NCBI GenBank assembly: GCA_036172245.1
Contig: JAYWIR010000056.1
Coordinates: 310,001-374,000 of the forward strand
Direction: 5' to 3'
From: Raillietiella orientalis
Lineage: Eukaryota
Length of the DNA stretch: 64,000 nucleotides
Part shown: positions 52,880 to 64,000 of the stretch, piece after piece
How the letters are laid out: each line of letters starts with the position of its first letter
Position numbering within the stretch: position 1 is the stretch's first letter
Notes under the pieces: model-generated
Seen by the model: the letters and a program-made list of their open reading frames with translations, nothing else
The model's database searches: none
Told to the model about the DNA's origin: nothing
Made by a program: the position numbers and the translations under genes

Positions 52880-55800
52880 TTCGTTGCCACGTATCAATCA
52901 CGTAACAATCCAAGGTTTTTCCAGGAGGAGCGCACCCACGCATCTTTCGCTTTTCCTGAAGGCGACATGCACCGCTGCCCACTTCATCATCATCCCCACA
53001 TCTCCCCATCGTGGGGAGGTCCCCACAGGCGCCTTCCCCTCCTACAAGAAAGGCTTCTCCTGAGCCAGGGAGTCAACCCAACGGGTGACTCAAACTACAG
53101 TGGTCGGTGGTGACCTCGATAGCAACGGGCTCCTCCCGGTGCTGGAGACACGGAGGGATCTCAGGTCTGTGAGAGTCCCGTCCTTCCACTGTTTACATCC
53201 TCCCGCTTCCTCTAGAGCCATGGGAGGTTCTCCCTCTTGCTGTGAAAGGAGAAGGCAGCTATAGCCACGGAAGTTCCCTCAGGAGCTGCTGCCTAGGAAG
53301 AAGGGAGGTGATGTGACCTTGAAGGAGAGCGACGTGGGGCCCTCGGACGGCACCGCAGCAAAGGGAGCCCCGGCTCCCCGGGTGCGTCACTTGCTCTAAC
53401 CTGCTGCCGCGAGAGGGGACCTCCACTCACCCCTTCCCCCTTTCCTGTCGTCTCGCAGGTCCCCATCCCCTCGACCAAGGAGCGCGCGAGCTGGGAAGTC
53501 CTCGGAAGGCGTCCCGCACGGTGGAGCCATCTGCGAGCTCTCCGAGGAGAGCGAGTTTTCGACCGCGCCCGTGAGAAGGTGCTCCGAAGGTGGTCCATAG
53601 CGCGACCGGCTCAAGTAGTCGGGACGTGAGGATCCTCCCGGCAACCGGTCTCCCGGAAAGCAGACCTGGGCGTGCCGGGTCCACGGAGGTGCGCGTTCCC
53701 GGAGTTCGGGCGAGGAAACTGGCGGCCGCCTTATTACCATCCCTCCGTCGAGTGCTTAAAACCCGGAGGAACGGCGCATTGGACGGTGTCCGGGTGCTTC
53801 CGGACAGTGCTGACGCTTCTCTCAGCTGTTCGGGACGCGCACCCTCCGTTCCCATGGAAGGGTCCCGCGGAAAGGGCGGAGGGGTGTGCGCGAGCTCACC
53901 CTCTGAGGGCGGGAGGAGTCCACGAGCTCCGGAGTTCGCGCATTCCGGGAACGAGGGCTGGTGAAGGGAGACGGGATTCCCTCCTCTCCCTTCCCCCTCC
54001 TCCGCCTCTTTCCCCACCCTCCCAGAGACGGGGGAAGGCATCCCCCTATCCCTCGAAATACGAGCCTCCGCCAGGTGGCGCTTCCGCGCAATCTCGACCG
54101 TCGCCGAGATTTTCCCGCTCTGCGTGCGTCTTCCCATCCCGGTCTTCCACCGAGCGTAGGTCCAGACGGTGGGACCTCGAGCAGGGTCGATCAGAGACGA
54201 CCGCGGTACTCCGGTGGAATACGGCGGTCTACCGGAGGACGTCCTAACGAGGCGGCCGCCACATCCTTCGCTGAGGTGCCGGAAACGCGCGCCTCCGTGG
54301 ATCCGGCGCAGCACTGGAGGAACTGGCCGACGTCTTCTGGTGGCGGGACGTTTGGCCCTTCCTTAGCAAGCGAGAGAGGCTGCCTCCCAAGAGATCTCTC
54401 CCGCTCAGAAGGAATCCTCGAACCTCACTCTTTGGGGGAAATGTCCAGAGTCCAGCTATCGCCAGCGACAGCGACCTCCAGATTTCCTGGAGGAGCAGCA
54501 CGGGGAGTCGCCCACCCCGGCCTCCCTGAGCTCTGCTTACCTGCTTCCCCTCCCTCGGCAAGGGTGCGCGCTCTCCCGGACGCGTTCACCCAGTGTGCCG
54601 GAGAACGGACAGGGGGCCCCCCGACTGAGTTCCGCTCCACCCCACTCGGTCCCAGGCTCTCACAGACCCCCTGAAGAAACGGAGTCTGGGGGGTCATTGT
54701 GAGTACCCCTCTCCTACTGGAGGACTCCCTGAAGACGGAAAGACCGAAAGGGCAGGAAGCAGGACATCTCCCAGGAACGTGACCCTCGATCTCTGCTGCG
54801 CGCCCCCATCGCCTTCTCCTGGAGCCTCTCGGAAACTGACCTCCCGCGCTCCCCTCTGCCGCCGGTGGGGCGGGGCTGCCCCTCCGGCCCTCATTCCGCT
54901 CCCGGAAACGAAGAACCAGAAAAATCGGGCATTCTTTACTCCAGAAATCTCTCGCGCCGTACCTTTTCCCTGAGGAAAGGGGGAACGCAAAGGGAGACCT
55001 CTTGGGGATGAGGGGTGGCGAATCCCTGCGGCGAACCACGCCCTTCTTCTTGCCTTCCCGCCCCCCTCCTCCCTCTTCTTTTCCTCGGATGACGGATTCT
55101 CTCTTTTGCTGAGCCTTTCCCGACGAAGGGGGGTAGGATGTGCTGAGGTTCCCTCTTTATCCCCGCCCCGCCCCTTCTGCGCGGACGGACGGCTCGGCAA
55201 ACACGGTGCCCCCTTCCCGCCTCCCCCCTGTGGTGATTGCGGTCCCGCAGCCGCCCCTGCAATCCGTCACCTCGGGCATGACCGCGAGGAGAGACCGCAG
55301 TTTGTCGCCCGAGGGCCAACCCCTTTATTTTCTGAGATGACCGCATCGAGCGAGGGGCGGGCGGGCGGCCGCTCCTCGCCGGGTCGAAGAGAGACGACGG
55401 ACGCACCCGGAACGCATCCCGGAGGGACTGCAGATTCCGGAGACGGGGAGGAGTCTTTCTGTCCTCCTGATGCGGCAACATCCCTGCTTTCCCTTCGCCA
55501 GCCGCTGCGCCGCAGCACGGCGACCCCAGTCCCGCTACTTCGCCCTCCGAACGCTCCCGGCCCTGGCACCCTGTTCTCCGTCCAGTGTTTTTTCCCAGCG
55601 TCGCCTCGGACATCGGGCAAGGTCACCGAGAAACGCCACGCGCACGGCGGTCGCCAAGCGGCGCCCAGCAGAAGGGCTGGGCGCAGGGTCTGTGGAATAG
55701 ATCCAACGGTCCCCTCCGGGAGGGGGGCTGCTTTTCGTGGGTCGCCTGAGGCTCGAACGGCCTCCGAAGCGCTCAACCCCCTTCTCTCTGGATGACCTCT

Positions 55801-56900
55801 CCTGGCCACCCCGAGCCCCAGACCCCCGATCGGCATGCACGGCGACTGCGGGAGGGAAAGGCTCCGTAGCCTAGCAACGCCCCCTTCTAGTCTGGCGGTC
55901 GCTTGGCCGGCCGCACCAAGCGACCGGCCAGGAGACCAGGGAAAGTCACGAAGTTAACTTCCTGGCCTTCCCGGATTGACGTGGAAAACCTGCTGACCCC
56001 TGCTTTGACCCTTCTGGGGCCACAGCAGGGAGATCCATCCCCAGGGGCCATCTCACGGTTTCCTCCAGGCGTGGGAACGTTGTCGCCACTGCGCGTGACC
56101 TTCGCCCCGCGTCTCCTTGTGTGGTCCAGATCCCCTTGCCTCCCCGATCCTACCCGGGATCTCTGCTCGCTCTCCCTCGCTGCAGAAATCATCCCCCTCT
56201 CTAGTTCCGGCTATCCGCAGATGCCAGACCTGAGCGTCCAATGTCACCGCGTTGGGACACCGTCAGCTCGCGGGCGCCACCGGCTGCTCCTGTTGACCCG
56301 CAACAAATCATCTGGGCTGGGAAGCGAGACGCCGCCTCGGACAGCTTCCCGAGAACGACGGATCTCGTTCTCTCCCACCCCCTCCTCCTCCAAGCTCGCG
56401 GGAGGACATAGGGGCGACGATGGAGCCCGGGAGGAGCGCGTGGGCCCGCGCTCTGAGCAAGGATGGCGACACCGGGTGGCTTCCGGCACTCCGCCCGCGC
56501 CAGAGGCACGGAGCAGCGCCGCAAGCGATATAGTAACACTTTCGCGCTGTCAAACACGGACGCCCCCTCCCTCTCCGCGCTGAGCCACGTGAGCAGCTGA
56601 GGGAGCGGAGAAGCGAGACTCGCGAACTCTCTCTCCAGACGAGGGAGAACTTGGGGATGACCTCGGGGACGTGTCCAAGGACGACGCGCAGGAGGGCGCG
56701 TCGCTCTCGGAGACCCGCCCGAGGTCAGAGACGCGTGGGGCATCCTGCAGCAGCGAAGGGCGGGCGAGCGCGTCCGCACGACCCGATCCGTCCAGCGCAT
56801 CCTGCACACTGGCTTTTCCCGCCCGAGGCAGTTCAACTGCCGGGAGAACACGGAGGCTGCGCGAAGCTGATCCCATCGAGTTCCGCCTCCCCTCCGTCGT
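52880..56900 (-). mobile_element. Near-full-length degenerate LINE B (I/R1/Jockey group): ORF1 knuckles, APE, RT, C-terminal knuckle
   Basis: NCLGREKPVCRM..RCCRMPHAS (~56780), QGDLDH (GDLN, ~56130), REAPGEGDG (~54820), EGHVP, TLDIS (~54445), TGVPRSSLIDP (GVPQGS.L.P, ~54205), KHPD (KYLG), LLEPVALW, GRCGDDDE (~52995). Confidence 0.7.
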
Positions 56901-57049
56901 TCCCGGTTACCGAACGAACGGCAGCGGGGTTCTACCTGCCGCGGCCGCTGCGTTTCCAGGCTCCACAGCTCGGAGCCTTGGTGTAAAGAGGGCGCGGGAG
57001 GCTCCTACTTCCTTTCTGGCCTGAATTGATGCCCTCGCTCGCCCCTATC

Positions 57050-60000
57050 CTTCCTTTTTCCCGCCTCGTCCTGGCTCGTTGGAGCTCTATGTGAAATGAA
57101 CGACAGAAAAGATGGGGAAAAAGTGGGGAGGGTCGAAGGAGGCGAGAAGGTCCAGCGGCCATCCACGCCGGCAGCGCTGATTCCCGCGGCAGGAGACCTG
57201 GCGCCGAGCTCCGGGAGAGAGAGGCCGTCCCGGGATTCCCAGGGTGTCGGGTTCCAGGAGCTCCTCGTCCCTCGAGCTCCCGCGGACGGGAGAGACCGAG
57301 TGTCCCGCCGCGTTCCGCTCCCGCCTCCGGGGAGACGTCCCCTTCCCGTGGGAAAGCGCCCCGACCCCTCTCCACCTTGCAGTGCTCCTCCGGTCGTTTC
57401 TGTCCGCGGACGCGGGGAGGGAGAGACAGACGGCGGCTCCTTAAATCCCGCTTCCAAGGAGAAGGGGTGGTGGAGGGGAAGGGGCGCGGTGCCTCTCGCG
57501 CCAGAGTCACCGCGGACGAAGCCTGTGGAGGTAGAGGTCCCTCCGTGCCCTTTCTGGCTCACCAGGAACGTCTGGCCAGAATGAGGGGCAACAGATAGGG
57601 CCTTCTCTCGTGAGGGGAAGGGGAAGTCGGAAGGCGAGGGAAGGGGCATGCCCCGAGGTGAAACAGGGGCGCGAGAGCGGATCCTCCTGAACGAACGAGC
57701 AGCGCGCACGAAGGCAAAAGGGTACGACCCCCACGAGCGAGTGCTCAGGAACGCTTCTTGAGCGGGATCCCGGTCGCGAGATGGCAAGATCTCCACGGAG
57801 ATTGAAGAGCTCGCGGCAGGAGCTTGACCTTGGGCAGCGTAGGGGGGCCTGGTGGAGGTGCAGGGCGTAGCACGGACCCCTCTCGGCGGTCAACTGCTGG
57901 CTCCACAGGGACTCCCCACCTGCTTCAAGCACCAGGCTGGGGAAGGGCGCCCCTCGAAGGAGGAAGGATGCTCAGAGGGCTCTTGAAGGCAAGCAGGAAG
58001 CAGCGGCCGGAGAAGGACAGAGGACGTCGGAGCCGAAGTCCCTCTGAACTTTATGGGATGGGTAGGAGAACCCTCTGACTTCCTGGAGGCAATGTCCGTA
58101 GGGCGGAAACGGACCACAGACATCGCTCTGTCTTGTCATGGCTTCGCTCTCCCGATCATCAGCTCCACGCGGGACGCCCGACGCCTCTGTCCACTCGGGC
58201 GTGGGCGTGCTACTGGTCAGCACCGATGTCATCTCCGATGAAACCAAGTGATCTATAAATAGCTCCCCCTGCACAGCCAAGCAGCGGGCAGGAGGCATGC
58301 TGAAGGAACACACACGGAGCGTCTCAGGCGGGACGTCGGAAAATCTCGGGAGGCTCCGTATGGTTACCTCATCAGATTGTCCGAGGGCTCAGCGAACGGC
58401 GCCAAGGGTTCAACCGGGAAGACGGGCATGGCGCCCACGCGGCGTGCCGTTGGCGCTTTCGCTGCACCCATGTCCTCCGAAGCCCGTCGGTGGTGATCGC
58501 ACAGAGGGTGCAAGTGACCTCCGTCTCTCAGACATCAGAAAACCCAGTCACCGCGTGGGAGACCTTCCGGGACAGGCGCGCCACCTGTCCCCGAAGACCA
58601 AAGCACGGGTGGGGGATAGGCTGGACTCTGTTCGGCGTTTCACCCGTCCCTGTCCACCATGGGAAGGAACGCCTAGGGACATTCACGAACCCCGCGAGCC
58701 GTTCTTCGCCGCGGAAGATCGAAAGCGAATCCTGAGAGGTTCGATCCCTCTCCGACCGCAAGCTGCGCGTGTCTTAGGACCCTTGGAACTACCCATCTCC
58801 CCACCCTTTCCGCTGTCCTACCGCGTCTGTGGGCAATGGGCATCCCCTACTGCCCGCTTCGAGCCGAGAGATGTCACTGTGCCCAGGAGCACCTGCGCCC
58901 CAGGGCGATGCCTCGGGGCCCCGCTTTTTGCGCCCTTTGGCGGTGCAAAAAGCGGAGCCTGAGGGGAAACCGCTTTTACTCTCCGCCTACCATCCCTGAG
59001 AGACTGACTACACGCCTTGCAGAGGCGCGCTTTGCATGGGTCCGGGTGACGTCACCTGCTGCTTATCGTGCTGCGCGCGGCCGGCTGGCTGGACCAGGAA
59101 GATCCCTGGGTCCCACACCACGACCGGGAAACTGAGGGTGAGCAATCGAGGACATCCCGGTCCGAGTGCCTCCCTCAGGGGTTCCTGCTGTGCCCGTCGG
59201 CGGTCCTCGCGCGGATTCCTTTTTTTTTTTTTTCCAGCGCGGTCGCGCCGGAAGAGCTTCGACGGCGCAGGCAGCAGCCCGTAAAGGCACCACGTGCACG
59301 TACCTCCTGCCCTGCTCATCCTCCTCGCCTCCCGTGACCTGCTGTCGCGGAGGTACGCAGGTCGGCGTTTTCGCACTGTTCCTTTTTTTCTCTCCCTCCC
59401 CTTCCGCCAACGCCTTGTGACGTAATCCCGGACGAACTCCACTACGTGCGTTCAGGGCTACTCCCCCTCGCTCTGCGAAAACACCAGGGTGAGACCTCGC
59501 CGCCTGGACGCTTCCGGTGCGCCACTGTCTTGCCCTGACCAGGCGGCTTCTGGATGGCCATGGCAGACAGCGCTCGCACACGCCCTGCTACGCGTTGCGT
59601 TGGCCGCCGCATCTTCGCCGCCGGTTCCCTCGCTAGGCTTTCTCTCTCGGAATCGTATCCAGCACGCACAATTCCTCCTCCTTCCTCTCCCCTTGACCCT
59701 CGTGGTGCACCGCCCCGAAGTTGTGGCGCGCGCAAGTCCTCGGGACAGCGAATCCGCGGAGGTCAGGAGTCTGCAGCCTGGCGACCGGAATGCCAGGGAA
59801 CGGCGACGAGGACGAGGAGCAGCGACGTCCAGGAAAGAGGGGAATCTAGCCCAGACTCAGCTCTCGCTCCCTCTGCCTCCCCCCTCCCCCCCATGCTCTT
59901 CCGGTTGCGTCCGTCCGCGCCCCTTTTGATGGAAGTCCCTGCAGAGCCACACCCCACTCACCTGCGTGAACACCTCCGCGTTTCCGCTGGGAAGGAGGAG

Positions 60001-61250
60001 GAGAGATCTCTCAGTCGTTGCGAGGGCCGTTCTCCGAAGCAACCCGGAGCTGAGCAGGAGTCACGACCGGGACAGGGGTCGCGGCTGCCGAACTCTGCTC
60101 TGGTGCGGTGGGTGGGTAGGAGGGCGGGCGGCAAATCTCTCGGGCAACCGGTCCGTCCTAAAGAGTCCCCCGATGGCCGCGTGTGATTCCGGGGCATGGT
60201 GCAAGGCAGGCCCGCGAGAAGCGTCCAGGTCGCGGCCCAAAATGCCCCATGGCATCCTCGGACCACGAATAACAAAAAAGCCTTCCGCCTTCGCGGCCAC
60301 CACGCGAGGTGCACCGCCCAACTCGAGGGGGAGGAGCCGCTCCCGCGTTCACCCCCGCGCATATACGCGCGCGTCCCGATCGCCTTTCCGGAGGGGAAGC
60401 GCGCCGGGTCCTCCTCAAGGAAGACGGAAGTTCCCGGGAGCACATGGACTGGAGCGCCGCGGGGCGAGGCGAGAAGCCCAGGACGCTCGACTGCAAGACG
60501 CCCGAGCGCCCCCTTCGCCGCGCACGGTAGAAGGGAGGGGCGTCGACTGCAGGACTCCCCCGAGCCTCCGCCAGAGAGAACAGGCAGTTCGAGCATCCTG
60601 CAGGTCGGGTCGGAGGCGCAGGAGCTGTCCCAGCGCAGGGCGGAGTCCCAGGTAGACGGCGAGGGCAAAGCCAAGACGGCAAAGAGGAGGCGAAGCACGT
60701 GGACCGGAAGCGGCTCCTTCCCCCCCCCCCCCATCCCTCACGGGTCCCCTGAGCGGAGACGAAGAGTTCGCCCGGCACTCGCCCCGGACGAGGCACCCCG
60801 CTGGCTGTTCCGGAGGGCTCTTCGCCTTCGGGGCTGACACATGTCTGACTCGGGCTCTCTTTCCACGGATGTGGCCGCGGCCGGAGGGTGGGCCGTCGCA
60901 ACCCTTCAAGGGAGGGGTCATCCCACTGCTGCCATGTGTTCGGCGCGAACCTCACTGGAACGATCGGTCCAGGCGTGTCAGCAGCCGGGGGTTCCTTGAG
61001 GACGCTGCGCGAGCGAAGGACTCCGGGGCTGGCGAAGGCGGTTGAGAGCGCGCCGACGCCACCCGCATCGCACGCACGGGGAATCTTCAAGGAAGATCAC
61101 GCCGGAGGAAAGGCGCGCGCCTGCCCAGAGGCGACAACATATTTGCTGCGCGCGGCGGACCTTCCTCTGGCAACACTGCGTCGGCGTCGAGCCGCGGCCC
61201 TCGAGATGCTCACACAGCAACGCTGCCGCCTTGCTCCGGCGCGCGCCTGC
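57050..61250 (-). mobile_element. Near-full-length degenerate LINE A (R1/I-like): ORF1 knuckles, APE, RT, C-terminal knuckle
   Basis: PTQCCQR..CCRLWAGARLSS..PCVRCGWRRRAL (~61100), RAYM, ILGRDLDAS (GD.NA, ~60230), GETPNRVQPI (YRPI, ~58630), SGVPRG (~58170), RSVPEHSLVG (RS.LEY...W), QKGHGG (TGHG), RGQKRPEEHC. Confidence 0.7.
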
Positions 61251-61809
61251 CAGTGGAACCTGCAGAACATGAATAATGGGGTGCCTCCCTGGATCCTTAA
61301 CCCCCTCATCAGCTTAAGATGCCCACGCTTTCCACCCGATGTGCCAAAAAGGGTCGTGGAATGCACCGCGCCATCCTCCCTCTCCCCCACCCAAGCGAAC
61401 TCTGCTGCTGTACGCGCATCCGAAAAGATTCCAAGTGCGGAAACAATTGAGACGGCTGCATCCTTGAGGACTCTCCCGAACCGGGACTTAACGTCGCCAC
61501 TGTTTGAGAACAAAGCCAAAGGCCTGACCCACCATCCCAAAGTCCCTAAGTCCACGGCGGTTTGACGCAAGCCGAAGGATCGCTTGCGTCCACCTTTGCG
61601 GAGCGTCTCCCGCGAACGCCTCGCGAAGACTTCCAGGAGGGAAAGGCAGACTCTTCTCGCAGACTCCCCTGATCCGAGACTCCTTGAAGACGGCGCAGCC
61701 AGCGCGTCTCCCCTGTTGGCGTCACACGCACGTGCGCGGCAGACTGAAAGAACCACCCTGCTCCCTGTTGACGCTAAAAGTGGGGTGCTTCCCGGCGACT
61801 ACAAGTGTT

Positions 61810-62520
61810 TGTCTCACGAACCCAGGCGACATCGATCTATGCGTATGCGCTGGCTGCCACGGAACCAGAGCGAATAGGAAGGGGGTGCGGAATGGGATCG
61901 AGCCGTTCGCAACCGCTTATAACATCTTCAGGAGGGAGACTTGGGGGAGCAAACAAACACGAGGAACACTCGTTATTGGAACACGAACACCTGGTAGACA
62001 TTGCTATCTTTATTAATTCTCAAGTCAAACCAAGTTGAATGCATCGCACGGTATTTGCAGGAGCTGCACGACTCGGCCTCAGTTGTGCACAACGGAAACC
62101 TGTTTGTGTGTCAAGGAGATTCTGCCGAAGACGTTCCCGATCGTCAGGAAGATAGGATCCAAAACCAGCGTTACGACTTCTGACCACAGCTGAAAGACAA
62201 GAACTCATTAGCAGGCTTTCCGGTTGTACCACGGCGCGAACGAGAGCTGAGCAACATGCGGGCAAACGCCCGTCGCAAAATTAAGCAGCCATGATGAAAT
62301 AACGAGCCCAACTTCGGGCTCCGTGATTGTTTGGGAAGTTCAGGACTTCTCCCACATAATTTCCGGCCCGGGGGCTCCTTAATTACGAGGAAAAGCAAGA
62401 AGCGACCATCAGCGCGAGTTCGTATGTGGGCTCTGCTGGAAACCTTCCTCGCCCAGCCCGATCTCACAGTGTGCGCGAGGTCTCTGGTGGTGGGGGGCCT
62501 CGAGCACGCAAGCCTTCTGC
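61810..62520 (+). pseudogene. Kelch-repeat gene relic (3-4 degenerate blades)
   Basis: YAYALAA..EGVRNG..TAYNIFRRETW; HDSASVVHNGNLFVCQG...QRYDF; RDCLGSSGL..FRPGG..MWALL. These match the Kelch pattern R....V..L.G.LYV.GG....RYDP...W, with stops and frameshifts. Confidence 0.5.
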
Positions 62521-64000
62521 CACAAACTATCTATGCCGGTCGTTTTATGGCACAGCTCGCGGAGCGTCAGTCATACTCTTTAGTGCTTTTGTCTCTCTCT
62601 CTCTCCCTCTCCCTCTTTCCTTTTTTTGGCCCGACTCGATCTCCAATAACTCTCAGCACTGCTTGGCTTCTTCACGCAGCCGCCATTTTGAAAAAGAAAC
62701 TGCAGAATTCGCATGGGACATGCAACACCCGTAGTCGACGACAAACAAAAGCTTCTTCGTGCCTTTTGTGAGCCTGTTCCAAAAACCGCAGATGAGCAGG
62801 CGCACTCGCTAGGGAGGAATGATTTCGCCATTTTGCGCCACCTTTGTTGTGTACAACCTCGCGCGGGAGCAGCTGCATACACCCCGATTCCCCGATGCCT
62901 GCGTCACCCATGCGAAACGGCTAGGGTGGTGGTCAAACACGGGAGAACGCAAGGCAATGTTGCGGCATGAAGGTGTTTGCCTTGGTTTTTTTTGTCTCGC
63001 TGTTTTGGGGTTTTTTTTTTTTTTTTTTTTTTTTTCCAGTTCCGACCGGAGAACTGAGCCGACAATTTCCCAACTTAATGAGCCTCCAGAAGCGGCATCC
63101 AGAGATCCATCTTCGTCGACAGGATATGGGGCTGGCCGCAAACCCTTACGGACACGGGTGCAGTGTCATCAGGTTCTCGTTGTTCCCAGCGAACGCTCGT
63201 GGCGAGGGCGAGCTGGCAGTCCGGCACAGGTCACCGTGATTTCAGCCAACCCATGTCGACGACACTGGGCCACGCGCATGTTTCGTGAGCCCGGTATCAT
63301 TTATTTAATTCCGCTCACTTCACTCATAAACACGGATAACGGGGAGTGATTAACATGTTCGCCAGGAGCTTTAAAGTAGCTTTAGAAGTAGCCTGTCTGC
63401 ATTTGCTTTACATGCCGGATAAGAACGGTGCTGTGGAAAAGAACGGAACGGTTAGCTTGCGAGAGTTCCGTCTCCCCGGATCTCGGTCTTTTTCCGGGGG
63501 GAAAAAAAAAACAAAAATTCATTCGGAACGGTGACTGTTTACACATCCGCAGGCGACCACATGCGGCAATGTACATACACTAATTCGACGTCCTCGCGAA
63601 AAAAAGCCAGCAACTGTGCTGGGAAACACTGTGAAAACAGAATCTGGAGTCGAAAAATGAGGGGACGCGCAGTAGCCGGAAGCATGCGCCATCCAGCTAC
63701 CTCTTCGGCATAGCTATTCGCCGCCGCGGCTCTTCAAGGAAGCCTTCTAGCAATGGAACCTTCCAGCTTTCGATCTTCGCGCAGGAATTCAACACGGTGA
63801 TGCGTCTTTGGTGAGACATGTCTTCCAGGACTGACACCTTTTCAGCACACAAAGAGCGAATTAAAAAACGGAAGGCAGGAGCAGAAAGACGGGAGCAGAG
63901 GCATGTGAGGGACGGAACTTTTCCACTTGCCTACCGGAAGAGATGGAGCATCGAAATTCCTGGAGCATTTTCGATTCCAGAACAGCCCAGGGAAGCATTT

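Noticed and set aside
47000..61600. Many 200-316 aa ORFs as real genes
   Set aside because: They overlap in all six frames, are Arg/Pro/Gly/Ser-rich as expected from high GC, and the recognisable motifs jump between frames as decayed LINEs.
62075..62110. VVHNGNL as a class II glutamine amidotransferase motif
   Set aside because: The context (LFVC.G...RYD and neighbouring repeats) fits a Kelch blade, and no other GATase motifs are present.
63080..63290. MAM-domain-like exon on the minus strand (GWLKS..PDCQL..VSV..LW)
   Set aside because: Resemblance is too weak and interrupted by stops; needs a profile search.

Overview
This is eukaryotic non-genic DNA, probably from an arthropod given the degenerate TTAGG array. 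It is a dense graveyard of old transposable-element relics. I found no intact protein-coding gene, no intact RNA gene and no prokaryotic system; the long ORFs in the track are mostly GC-rich or antisense shadows of decayed elements. By-eye motif matching across frameshifts identifies relics of L1/Tx1-like, RTE, I/R1/Jockey-like and CR1/L2-like LINEs, RLE-type (Utopia/NeSL-like) non-LTR elements, Ty3/gypsy, BEL/Pao and Ty1/copia LTR elements, Penelope and mariner. Two host-gene relics are also present: a serpin and a Kelch-repeat gene. The best novelty candidates are: (1) a long (~850 bp) SINE-like family with four copies, a tRNA-like head carrying two tandem B-box-like motifs, and an internally repeated body; (2) a ~15 kb GC-rich domain in which dead LINEs appear to have decayed towards GC, and which holds two near-full-length LINE relics head-to-tail; (3) a (TTAGG)n-like array enclosed by 12-bp inverted repeats; (4) a perfect 37-bp direct repeat around an otherwise decayed RTE fragment. 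Family calls are manual, unverified by HMM or BLAST, and boundaries are approximate.
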